A DNA stretch of 64,000 bases from Spirochaetia bacterium (GTDB taxonomy: Bacteria > Spirochaetota > Spirochaetia > SZUA-6 > Bin103): NCBI GenBank assembly GCA_965208575.1, contig CBDBOV010000006.1:1120001-1184000 (forward strand), written 5' to 3'. The notes under the pieces were generated by a model. It ran no database searches. It was not told where the DNA came from and worked only from the letters and a program-made list of their open reading frames with translations. This document shows, one piece after another, positions 1 through 9,229 of this stretch (positions within the stretch are counted from its first letter, which is position 1; the number at the start of each line of letters is the position of its first letter). A program made the translations under genes and the position numbers.

Positions 1-2
1 GC

Positions 3-2540
3 GTGGCGCGCGTGGCCGCGCCGGACAGCGCCACGGTCACCATCACCGACGACGAAACGGTTACGGCGACCATCACCGCCAACGCGGCCACGGTGGCGGA
101 GGGCGGCGTCGCCGGCTTCACCGTACACCTGAGCGGCAGCGTTACCGGCGTACCGGTGACGCTCGGCTGGCACACCGCCGCCAGCTCGGCGACCGCGGGC
201 ACCGACTACCGGCTCACGCCGCCCGCGGCGGGAACGCGCGGAACGGTGACCATCGCTGCCGGCGACACGACCGGTGCGATCGCCATCGCCACCCTGGAGG
301 ACGGCATCCTCGATCCCGGCGAGACGCTGACGGTCACTCTGGACGCTGCCTCGACCACCCCCGGCGTGGCCATCGGCTCGCCCCGCGGCGCCTCGACCGT
401 TATCGCCGACACCGGCAGCGCGACGGTGGACATCGCCGGTCCCGAACCGGTCACCGAGGGCGACCCGGCGGTGTTCACCGTGACCCTGTCGTTCCCGGTG
501 GCGGCGCCGGTCACCGTGCTCTGCTCGACGCGCGACGGGACCGCGACCGCCGGCAGCGACTACCTGCCGCTGGCGGAGACGCTGACGTTCCCGCCCACGG
601 AAACCAGCCTGACGGTCACCGTGACCACCCTCGGCGACTACCTGCTGGAGGGGGAGGAACACTTCGACGCGCTCCTCTCCGCCCCCGCCGGCCTGCCGGC
701 CGGGGTATCGATCGGCACGCCGGCGGCGACGGTCGTGCTGCTGGACGTGATCGTGCCGGTGGAGGTGTCGTTCGAACGGGAACGCTACGCCGCGCACGAA
801 GGCGGCGCGGACGCCGTCGTGGCCGTGCTGCTCGACCAGGCGCCGGGGCGGCCGGTGCGTGTGCCGCTGACCACCGCCGGGCGCGGCGGCGCGACCGGCG
901 ACGACTACACCGGGGTGCCGGCGGCGGTGACCTTCGGCGAGCATGAGACGCTGCGCACCTTCACCGTGACGGCGGTCGACGACAGCGTGGTGGACCCGGG
1001 CGAGTCGGTACTGATCGGCTTCGGGGCGCTGCCGCCGGCGGTGAACGCCGGCACGCCTCGGGAAACCGTCGTCGACCTGGTCGACGACGACGAAGCACGC
1101 GAGGAAGTGCTGGAAGAGACCCTGGCGACGTTCGGCCGCGGCATCCTGGGGAGCACCGCCCGGCTCTGGACCCACAACCCGCCCTGCGCCCTGGCCGCAA
1201 CCGCCGCCATCGGCGGCCACGAGATCCGCCTCACCCCCGACGACCTCAACGCACCCGGCGAACTGCACGCTCCGATCGCCGCCGACGACGAACCTCGGGC
1301 CATGAGCGTCGACGACCTGCTGCGCGACAGCGCCTTCGCCACGTCGCCGCAGCGCGGCTCGCGCCCCGCCGACCCGTGCTGGACGCTGTGGGGCCGCGGC
1401 GACGTTCAGGCGTTCCGCTCCGGCGACCCCGGCGACGACACCTACCATGAAGGAACCCTCAAGGCGGCGTGGCTGGGCGCCGACGTGGCGCTGCACGACA
1501 CGCCCGTGCTGGTCGGTTTCGCCGTGTCGCGCAACGTCGGCAGCGCGCACTACGCCTACGCCTACGACGACGGCATCCGACAGCTCAGAGAAGGAACGCT
1601 GGACATCGGCACCACCGCCGTGCATGCCTATCTGCGCCGCCCGGTGACCGCCGACCACGCCGGCTACTGGGGCATCGCGGGCTTCGGCGGCGGCACGGCG
1701 GCCGACACGCCCGCCGGCCGGCGCGCGGAGGCCAGCGACCTCACCCTGCTCATGGGCGCGGTCGGGCTGCGCGGCGTGCTGGCGTCGACGACGGCACCGC
1801 TGCCGGCCGCGGCCGGCGCCGCGCCGGACACGGCGGGCGGGCTCCGGCGCGGCGAGCTGGCGCTGTACGCCGACCTGGGCGCCCTGGTCCTCACCACCGG
1901 TAGCGGCGAGCGGGCCATCGACGGCCTGCACGTCCCGGTGGCGCGGGTGCGCGCCGGCACCGAGATCTCGGAGACCAGGCCCGCCGGCAGCGCCGGCGCG
2001 CTGACCGCCTCGCTGGAGTTGTGGGGCGGGTGGGACGGCGGCGCCGGAGCTCGCGGCTCGGGGCTCGGATCGTCACTGGCGCTGCGCTACGCCGGGGCAC
2101 GCTTCTCGGCGGAAGCGCGCGGCCAGGTGCTGCTGGCCTCCCACTACCTGGAGTACGGCGCCGGTCTCACCGGCCGCTACGGTCCGCGGCAGGACGGCAG
2201 CGGCCTGTCGCTGTCGTTGTCGCCGAGCTGGGGCTCGTCCACCGGCGCTCCGTACGACGTTTGGCCGGATGACCTGCTCGCCTCCACCGCCGTCACCACC
2301 GGCGCGGCGCTGGCCGCCGGCGTCGGCTACGGCCTCTCCGTTCCCGGCGGCATCGTGACCCCGTTCGCCGAGGCAACCCTGAGCGCCGACGCCACCCGCG
2401 TGCGGGTCGGCGCCCGCTGGAACCTGCTTGCCACCGGTTCCGCCGGCAGCCTCGACCTGGAACTCGCCGGCGAACGCCGCACCCGCTCCGGCGCCGCCCC
2501 CGAACACGCGCTCCACGTCGAAATCGGTCTCACCTACTGA
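3..2540 (+). CDS. Calx-beta repeat surface protein with autotransporter-like C-terminal beta-barrel (5'-truncated by window edge)
   Basis: Three Calx-beta-like units (TAGTDY, TAGSDY, ATGDDY; VTITDDE/LVDDDE), then a helix (ETLATFGRG), WTLWGRGD, alternating beta-strands and a C-terminal aromatic residue (EIGLTY). Confidence 0.85.
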   Translation: MARVAAPDSATVTITDDETVTATITANAATVAEGGVAGFTVHLSGSVTGVPVTLGWHTAASSATAGTDYRLTPPAAGTRGTVTIAAGDTTGAIAIATLEDGILDPGETLTVTLDAASTTPGVAIGSPRGASTVIADTGSATVDIAGPEPVTEGDPAVFTVTLSFPVAAPVTVLCSTRDGTATAGSDYLPLAETLTFPPTETSLTVTVTTLGDYLLEGEEHFDALLSAPAGLPAGVSIGTPAATVVLLDVIVPVEVSFERERYAAHEGGADAVVAVLLDQAPGRPVRVPLTTAGRGGATGDDYTGVPAAVTFGEHETLRTFTVTAVDDSVVDPGESVLIGFGALPPAVNAGTPRETVVDLVDDDEAREEVLEETLATFGRGILGSTARLWTHNPPCALAATAAIGGHEIRLTPDDLNAPGELHAPIAADDEPRAMSVDDLLRDSAFATSPQRGSRPADPCWTLWGRGDVQAFRSGDPGDDTYHEGTLKAAWLGADVALHDTPVLVGFAVSRNVGSAHYAYAYDDGIRQLREGTLDIGTTAVHAYLRRPVTADHAGYWGIAGFGGGTAADTPAGRRAEASDLTLLMGAVGLRGVLASTTAPLPAAAGAAPDTAGGLRRGELALYADLGALVLTTGSGERAIDGLHVPVARVRAGTEISETRPAGSAGALTASLELWGGWDGGAGARGSGLGSSLALRYAGARFSAEARGQVLLASHYLEYGAGLTGRYGPRQDGSGLSLSLSPSWGSSTGAPYDVWPDDLLASTAVTTGAALAAGVGYGLSVPGGIVTPFAEATLSADATRVRVGARWNLLATGSAGSLDLELAGERRTRSGAAPEHALHVEIGLTY

Positions 2541-2661
2541 AACCGCGACCGCGCGCGATTCGAACGCTGCCGGCGGCGGTCATCCAGGGGCGGCCTCAGG
2601 TGGGCGCCGGTGCGGGCCGGGAATGCGCCGCACGTGCCGGATGCGACCGCGCCGGCTGCGG

Positions 2662-3444
2662 TCAGTCGAAGAAGCCCTTGGGTTGGGCGGCGGCCTCCAC
2701 GGCGGCGGCCTGCTCGGCCATCCAGGCGTCGTAGCCGGCCTGGTCGTGCACGGTAAAGAAGCCGCGCATCCGGTAGTGGCCGAGTCCGCAGAGCTGGGCG
2801 CACGCTATCTCCCACTCGCCGGTGGCGGTGGCGGTGAAGCTGAGCGGTATGGTCATGCCGGGGATGGCGTCCTGCTTGACGCGCATCTCCGGCAGATAGA
2901 AGCTGTGCACCACGTCGAAGGCGGACAGTTCGATGCGAATCGGCGTGTCGACCGGGATGTGGAGCTGGTTCACCGTGACGATGTCGTCCTTGGCCATGAC
3001 GTCGTCGCGGTCCACGCCCACGGGGTTGTTCTCGGCATCGACCAGGTCGACGCTGGTGGCGCCGAACACGCCGTCGGCGCCGGGATAGTGGATGTTCCAG
3101 GCGAACTGCTGGCCCACCACGCGGATGGTGAGCGCCTCCTCGGCGGGCACCGGATTGGCGATGACGCGCGCCCACACCGGTACCGAGAGGCCGAACAGCA
3201 GCGCGATCTCGATCACCGCCACCGCGCCTTCGACGTAGCGGGAAAAGTGGCTGTGCGTGCCCTCGTAGTTGGCCTTGGGATTGCGCCGCTTGCGGAACCG
3301 CACCAGGATGAAGAAGAAGAAGATTCCCCAGCCGACGAACAGCACCAGCATCAGCAGGTGCACCCACCCGATCAGGCCGTCGACCTGGCCGGCGTGGGTG
3401 GACGCCGCCTGCGGCATCCACATGGAACGGGCAAACTCTATCAC
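2662..3444 (-). CDS. coxB: Cytochrome c oxidase subunit II
   Basis: Two TM helices, QFAWNIHYP, and CuA ligands DVVHSF and CAQLCGLGHYRM. Confidence 0.95.
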   Translation of the reverse strand: MIEFARSMWMPQAASTHAGQVDGLIGWVHLLMLVLFVGWGIFFFFILVRFRKRRNPKANYEGTHSHFSRYVEGAVAVIEIALLFGLSVPVWARVIANPVPAEEALTIRVVGQQFAWNIHYPGADGVFGATSVDLVDAENNPVGVDRDDVMAKDDIVTVNQLHIPVDTPIRIELSAFDVVHSFYLPEMRVKQDAIPGMTIPLSFTATATGEWEIACAQLCGLGHYRMRGFFTVHDQAGYDAWMAEQAAAVEAAAQPKGFFD

Positions 3445-3675
3445 TTAGGTGGCCTCCGGAGAGTGCGCCGCCAGCCGGCGGATACGCCGCCGCGCGGCGA
3501 GCAGAAACGCGCCAAAGCCGGCGAACACCAGCGCCACCATGCCGAGCAGCAGCAGGATGCCCGCCTGCAGGCCCTGCACCGCCTCCTCCTGCGCGGCACC
3601 GAAGCACACCGCGCACGCGGCGGCGGTGTCGGGGATGATCGCACCGAGCAGCAGCAACCCGGCGGCGCACTGCAT
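3445..3675 (-). CDS. Small exported/membrane protein with CAVCFG motif, embedded in the cox operon (start may be 3789)
   Basis: Signal-like segment ending TAAA, then CxxC and a TM helix; abuts coxB. Confidence 0.65.
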   Translation of the reverse strand: MQCAAGLLLLGAIIPDTAAACAVCFGAAQEEAVQGLQAGILLLLGMVALVFAGFGAFLLAARRRIRRLAAHSPEAT

Positions 3676-3789
3676 GACCGGCAGGCCGCGGCGCGAACGG
3701 GAAGCAGCCCGTGGTGGAACCCGGCGCCGCACCGAGAGCGGCGCGGCGCACGGCCGGCAAGGCGCGCTGAACGAGCGGACTCGCGCCAT

Positions 3790-3999
3790 CTAGCCGGCGT
3801 CCTTTACCGCGGCAACCGCGGCCAGCACGCGCCGCTCCACCAGCAACAGCACCAGCAGCGCCAGCGCCGCGCCGCAGCCGCCGGCCACCGCCAGCACCGG
3901 GTTGCGGTTGGCGAACCAGGTGAAGCACCAGATGGAGAAGAACGCCAGGCCGGCACTGGCGCAGGAGATGAACACGACGTGGATCACCTTGAGCGACAT
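3790..3999 (-). CDS. Small two-TM membrane protein in the cox operon
   Basis: MSLKVIHVVFI start and two hydrophobic helices; start overlaps the subunit IV stop (TGATG). Confidence 0.7.
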   Translation of the reverse strand: MSLKVIHVVFISCASAGLAFFSIWCFTWFANRNPVLAVAGGCGAALALLVLLLVERRVLAAVAAVKDAG

Positions 4000-4349
4000 C
4001 AGTGGTGCTCCTCCAGCGCCGGCGCCTCCAGGATCGCCCGCTCGCTGGCGAAGGTATCGAAGTAGCCGAACATGAACAGCGCGATCATGACGATGAAGAA
4101 GATCGCCGAGAAGATCAGCACCTTGAAGATGAACGGGAACTTGTCGTGGAACAGGTGCATGAAGATGCCCGCCACCAGGGTGCCCTTGACGCTTGCCACC
4201 ACCAGGGCCACGGCAATGCCGGCCCCCACCGGCAGGTGCAGCCGGCTCACCGCGACGGTCACCACGGTCAGCACCATCAGCGAAATGAACACGATGAAGT
4301 AGACCCGCACCTGCTGCTGCAGGTGCTCGACGGAATGCTCAGCGCTCAT
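3999..4349 (-). CDS. Cytochrome c oxidase subunit IV (CtaF-like)
   Basis: Three TM helices, motif KGTLVAGIFMHL, and GGAG RBS before ATG 4349. Confidence 0.85.
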   Translation of the reverse strand: MSAEHSVEHLQQQVRVYFIVFISLMVLTVVTVAVSRLHLPVGAGIAVALVVASVKGTLVAGIFMHLFHDKFPFIFKVLIFSAIFFIVMIALFMFGYFDTFASERAILEAPALEEHH

Positions 4350-4377
4350 CGGCAACTCCCACGGACAACGCCATCGG

Positions 4378-4980
<603 letters not shown>

Positions 4981-4986
4981 GCGCCG

Positions 4987-6771
4987 CTAGATTCTCTTCA
5001 GGTGCTGGGGCGAGAAGTCGCGCTTCGACCTCGGCACGCTGTACTCGTACGCTCCGCGGTACACGGTGATCGGCTGTGCGAAATTGCCGTGCCCGAGCGG
5101 CGGCGACGTGGTGGCCCACTCCAGGGTGGTGCCCTGCCACGGGTTGTCCTTTACCTTCTCGCCGTTCTTGAGGCTGACGAAGAAGTTGACGATGAAGAAC
5201 ACCTGCGCCAGCGCCAGCCCCCAGGAGGAGAAGGTGATGAGCTGGTTGATCCACAGGTAGTCCTGGGCGTGCGCGTAGGTGGCGCCGCCGTCGTACAGGC
5301 GCCGCGACACGCCGGCCATGCCGAGCACGAACATCGGCATGAACGTGCCGATCATGAACACCAGCGATGGCCAGAAGTGCCAGCGCCCCAGGGTGTCGTT
5401 CATGCGCCGCCCGGTCACCTTGGGATACCAGTAGTAGATGCCGGCGAACAGCGCCAGCAGCGTTCCCGGCGCCACCACGAAGTGAAAGTGGCCGATCACG
5501 TAGTAGGTGTCGTGCAGGTGGATGTCCGCCACCGACAGCCCGAGCGGCAGGCCGGTGAGCCCGCCGATGCCGAACATCGGAATGAACGCCAGCGCGAACA
5601 GCATCGGCGTGGTGAAGCGGATCGATCCGCCCCACAACGACAGGATCATCACCGTCAGGATGATGATCGACGGCACCGAGATGATCATGGTGGTGAGCTG
5701 GAAGAAGGTGCTGATCGCGGTGCCCATGCCGGTCAGGAACATGTGGTGCGCCCACACGACGAAGCTCATGAAGCCGAGAAAGATCACCGAGTACACCAGC
5801 GCCTTGTAGCCGTACAGCGGCTTGCGCGAGTTGTTGGCCAGAACCTCGCACACGATGCCCATGGCCGGCAGGATGAGCACGTACACCTCCGGGTGGGCAA
5901 GGAACCAGAACAGGTGCTGCCACAGCAGCGCATTGCCGCCGCCGCTGCCGGTGTACGCCTCGCCGCTGATCACCAGGCCGGAGGGCATGAAGAAGCTGGT
6001 GCCGGCGACGCGGTCGAGAAGCTGCATGAAGCCGGCCACCTCCAGCGGCGGGAACGCCAGCACCAGCAGCAGGCTGGTCACGAACTGCGCCCAGATGAAG
6101 AACGGCAGCCGCATGAACTTCAGCCCCGGCGCGCGCAACTGCACGATGGTGGTGATGATGTTGATCGAGCCGAGCAGCGAGGAGTTGATCAGGAACACCA
6201 TGCCCAGCAGCCACCAGGTCTGGCCGGCGGTCTCGATCACCGCCAGCGGCGGGTAGGAGGTCCAGCCACTCTTGGCGGCGCCGCCGGGGATGAAGAAGCT
6301 GACCAGCATGATCACGCCGCCGACGAAGTACAGCCAGTAGCTGGCGGCGTTGAGCTTCGGGAACGCCATGTCGGGGGCGCCCACCTGCAGCGGCACCAGG
6401 TAGTTGCCGAATGCGCCCACGGCCAGCGGCACCACGCCCAGGAACACCATGATGGTGCCGTGCATGGCGCCGAGCTGGTTGTAGAACTCCGGCAGCATGA
6501 CCCCCTCGGGCATGCGGGTGACGCCGAACAGGCGTCCGATCACCGGCAGCGCCTGCTCCGGATAGGCGAGCTGCCAGCGCATCAGCAGAATGAAGCAGAA
6601 GCCCAGAAACAGGAACACCAGGGCGGTGATCCCGTACTGGATGCCGATCACCTTGTGATCTACGGAGAAGACGTACTTGCGGATGAAACTCTCGGGCGCG
6701 CCGTGGCCGTGATCGCCGTGGCCATGGCCGTGGTCGTGCCCGTCGGCGTGTGCGTGTCCGTTGTTGTGCAC
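4987..6771 (-). CDS. coxA: Cytochrome c oxidase subunit I (A-family-like, HPEVY)
   Basis: Motifs DHKVIG, MHGTIM, DMAFPKLN, WFLAHPEVY, VWAHHM, HDTYYVIGHFH and SRR; His-rich N-terminus. Confidence 0.97.
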   Translation of the reverse strand: MHNNGHAHADGHDHGHGHGDHGHGAPESFIRKYVFSVDHKVIGIQYGITALVFLFLGFCFILLMRWQLAYPEQALPVIGRLFGVTRMPEGVMLPEFYNQLGAMHGTIMVFLGVVPLAVGAFGNYLVPLQVGAPDMAFPKLNAASYWLYFVGGVIMLVSFFIPGGAAKSGWTSYPPLAVIETAGQTWWLLGMVFLINSSLLGSINIITTIVQLRAPGLKFMRLPFFIWAQFVTSLLLVLAFPPLEVAGFMQLLDRVAGTSFFMPSGLVISGEAYTGSGGGNALLWQHLFWFLAHPEVYVLILPAMGIVCEVLANNSRKPLYGYKALVYSVIFLGFMSFVVWAHHMFLTGMGTAISTFFQLTTMIISVPSIIILTVMILSLWGGSIRFTTPMLFALAFIPMFGIGGLTGLPLGLSVADIHLHDTYYVIGHFHFVVAPGTLLALFAGIYYWYPKVTGRRMNDTLGRWHFWPSLVFMIGTFMPMFVLGMAGVSRRLYDGGATYAHAQDYLWINQLITFSSWGLALAQVFFIVNFFVSLKNGEKVKDNPWQGTTLEWATTSPPLGHGNFAQPITVYRGAYEYSVPRSKRDFSPQHLKRI

Positions 6772-6786
6772 GTCAGTTCCCCCGTG

Positions 6787-7638
6787 CTAGCTTGACGGGA
6801 CCTCCATCACGGCATCCACGGTGGCCTGCTCGCCGATGCCGACCGTAACGCTCACGGTCTGCGCCGGCAGCCGCTCGTGCCAGATCTCCACCTCGTAGGT
6901 GCCGGCCGGCAACCCGCTGATCGTGAACGTGCCGTCCTCGCCGGTAACCGCGAAATAGGGGTGGTCGAACACCGCCGCCCAGGCGTTCATCCAGGGGTGC
7001 ACGTCGCACTTGATCGCGAACGGCGCCGGCTCCGCCTTGTCGAACACCTTTTCCAGCTCGGTGCGGAACTGCGGCATCGCCTCGTTGAACTCGGCGTTCA
7101 CCTTGGAAAACGCATGCACGTTGTGCAGCGTGCCGTCCGGATTGAGAATCTTCAGCGTCTGTCCGACGCGCAGGCCGAACACGTGCGGCGCGTACTGGCA
7201 GCCGCCCTGGTCGAACTCGACCACCGCGTCGGGCGTGTCGTGATCCATGTCCGGCAGCGAGGCGCTCGTGATCTGCACCATCACGTTGGCAATGGCCTGC
7301 CCCTCGCCGAGCACCAGCACCTGGCGGCGCCGCGGATTCTCCTGGTTCTTCTCGTCGCAGATCGGATCGGCGGCCATGTCGAGCACCGCCATCTCCGGAG
7401 CGTCGCCATTGAAGGTCACGGTGCCGCTGATGGATGCGTTGTTGGTATCGGTTTCGGTCGCCGCCGCGGGCGCTTCGGCACTCGTCGATGCTCCGGACCC
7501 GGATGCGGAGGCGCCGCCGCCTTCGTCGTCGTCGCCGCAGCCGGCGAGCAGCAGTGCCAGCGCGAGGACCGGGAGGAACCGGAGATGGGAGGTGAACGAG
7601 AGTTTCGGCGCGGCGTAGCGCAGGAACCTGGTGCGCAT
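6787..7638 (-). CDS. Lipoprotein with cupredoxin-like type 1 copper motif and carboxypeptidase-regulatory-like domain
   Basis: Lipobox LLLAGC; LHNVH ... CDVHPWM; DGTFTISGLPAGTYEVEIWHE; GAGGAGG RBS before ATG 7638. Confidence 0.85.
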   Translation of the reverse strand: MRTRFLRYAAPKLSFTSHLRFLPVLALALLLAGCGDDDEGGGASASGSGASTSAEAPAAATETDTNNASISGTVTFNGDAPEMAVLDMAADPICDEKNQENPRRRQVLVLGEGQAIANVMVQITSASLPDMDHDTPDAVVEFDQGGCQYAPHVFGLRVGQTLKILNPDGTLHNVHAFSKVNAEFNEAMPQFRTELEKVFDKAEPAPFAIKCDVHPWMNAWAAVFDHPYFAVTGEDGTFTISGLPAGTYEVEIWHERLPAQTVSVTVGIGEQATVDAVMEVPSS

Positions 7639-7764
7639 GTTCGGTAGGGCCTCCTCGGGGGATGACGGGTCGGATATGCGGATCGGCGGACGCAATTGCC
7701 CTCCGATCCGGCGTCCTTCGGGTTGCGGCGCGCAAAGCAAGACCGGCTGCCCGAGTTCTGCAAG

Positions 7765-7794
7765 AAGCTACGTCAGCGCCCGGCGGACTGTCAA
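7765..7794 (-). promoter_or_regulatory. Putative sigma70 promoter of the cupredoxin-cox operon
   Basis: TTGACA-N18-TAGCTT on the minus strand. Confidence 0.55.
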
Positions 7795-7900
7795 CCGCAA
7801 GTGGCCCGCCCCGGCCCGCGTTGCGGCCTCCCTCGGGCAGCCGGCGGCGGCATCTTCGGCGTGCGGCGCGGGGCCGCACGCGACGGGCCGAAAACCGGCG

Positions 7901-8404
7901 CTACGGCTGCGGTTCACGGCGCGGGCGCTGCCGGTCGCGCCGGTCGCGCCGGTCGCGCCGTTTCTCGTAGCCCTCGGCCATGTGGTGGCGGAACGGCAGG
8001 ATGCGGTCCGGGACCGGTACGCCGCGAAATTCGGCGCGGCACAGGTAGCACACCGCCATCATCGGCACGCCGCGATAGATCAGCAGGTCGACCAGCGCCA
8101 GCACCATCAGGCTGATCCCGTACGTGAACGGCACCAGGATCGCGCCCACCACCACGAGCCCGATGCCCAGTACGCGCGGAAACGCCTTCTGGCGGAAAAA
8201 GCGGCGGCAGCCGCAGATCGGACACTCCTCGAAGTCGGCGGCCGCCGTCACGTCGTAGCTGCGCCGGCAGGTGCCGCACGCCAACTCGCCGGCCTGCCCG
8301 CCGACGGCCAGCGGCGCGCCGCAGCCGTCGCACTCGGCGCGCACCTGCAGCCGTCCCTCGCCGCCGCCCGTGCCGCCCGCGCCGGAGCGGCGCGCCGCCG
8401 TCAC
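7901..8404 (-). CDS. Zinc-ribbon membrane protein (four CxxC motifs, TM hairpin)
   Basis: CDGC, CGTC, CPIC and CYLC; GTG start overlaps the upstream stop (GTGA). Confidence 0.75.
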   Translation of the reverse strand: MTAARRSGAGGTGGGEGRLQVRAECDGCGAPLAVGGQAGELACGTCRRSYDVTAAADFEECPICGCRRFFRQKAFPRVLGIGLVVVGAILVPFTYGISLMVLALVDLLIYRGVPMMAVCYLCRAEFRGVPVPDRILPFRHHMAEGYEKRRDRRDRRDRQRPRREPQP

Positions 8405-9216
8405 AGCACCACCCCGTAGCGCAGCAGGAAGAACCGGTAGGAGAAGTCGCCGATGATCGCCGCCACCACCACCACGTACAGGATGCCGGTGGCGGCCTGC
8501 GTGGACTTGGCGCGCAGGGTGCGCTGCACCAGCACGTTGGCGGCGAGCGGAAACAGCACGCCGAAGAACACCGCCACCGCCACCAGGAAGCCGTCCAGGG
8601 TGGCCACGAACGCGTGCAGCGGCAGCGGATAGCCCTGGTACGGAACACCCGCGGTGGCCAGCGCCACCGCGTCCCACACCAGGCGCAGCGCCAGCAGCGC
8701 CGTGTACACGGTGACCGCGCGCGCCAGGATGGCGATCGGCAGCCGCTCCACGTTCAGGTACCAGTGGCCGAGCACCATGCAGTACAGCGCCATGCCCAGC
8801 GTGAGCCCGCCGAGCAGGGTCAGCGCGGCGGCCCCGGCCGGCGCGGCCGCCGGCGGCGTGCGCGCCACCGCCGCGGCCGCGGTCACCAGCGCGCCCAGCA
8901 GCGAGGGCAGCGCCACCAGCGGCAGGTTGGGCCGCGGGCGCTCCCATTGGCTCCAGGTCACCGCCAGCAGGCCCACCAGCCACACGCCGGCCAGCACCGG
9001 CAGCGCGGCCGGCGGCAGCCACGGCGCGCGGCCGGCGGCGGCCGGCGGCCCCGCGAACAGCAGCGCGAACAGCCCCAGGCTGAGCAGGAAGCAGGCGACG
9101 CCCAGGTTGAACCGGTAGAAGCCGCGGTCGATGGCGGCGCCGGCATTGGCCAGGAAGCACAGCGGGTACGCCATCGCAAAGGCCAGGAAGCCGCTCAGCG
9201 ACAGTTCGGTCAGCAC
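8401..9216 (-). CDS. Polytopic membrane protein with LGHWYL motif
   Basis: About 8 hydrophobic helices; MVLGHWYL and STQAATGILY. Confidence 0.8.
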   Translation of the reverse strand: MLTELSLSGFLAFAMAYPLCFLANAGAAIDRGFYRFNLGVACFLLSLGLFALLFAGPPAAAGRAPWLPPAALPVLAGVWLVGLLAVTWSQWERPRPNLPLVALPSLLGALVTAAAAVARTPPAAAPAGAAALTLLGGLTLGMALYCMVLGHWYLNVERLPIAILARAVTVYTALLALRLVWDAVALATAGVPYQGYPLPLHAFVATLDGFLVAVAVFFGVLFPLAANVLVQRTLRAKSTQAATGILYVVVVAAIIGDFSYRFFLLRYGVVL

Positions 9217-9229
9217 CCCGTGATGCGCC

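Noticed and set aside
7738-7753. Sigma54-like sequence upstream of the cox operon
   Set aside because: GG-to-GC spacing is 11 rather than the obligatory 10.
7930-7960. 9-bp repeats (GCCGGTCGC x3; also GGCTGTTCC x3 at 12717-12743)
   Set aside because: In-frame low-complexity tails or linkers with no frameshift potential.
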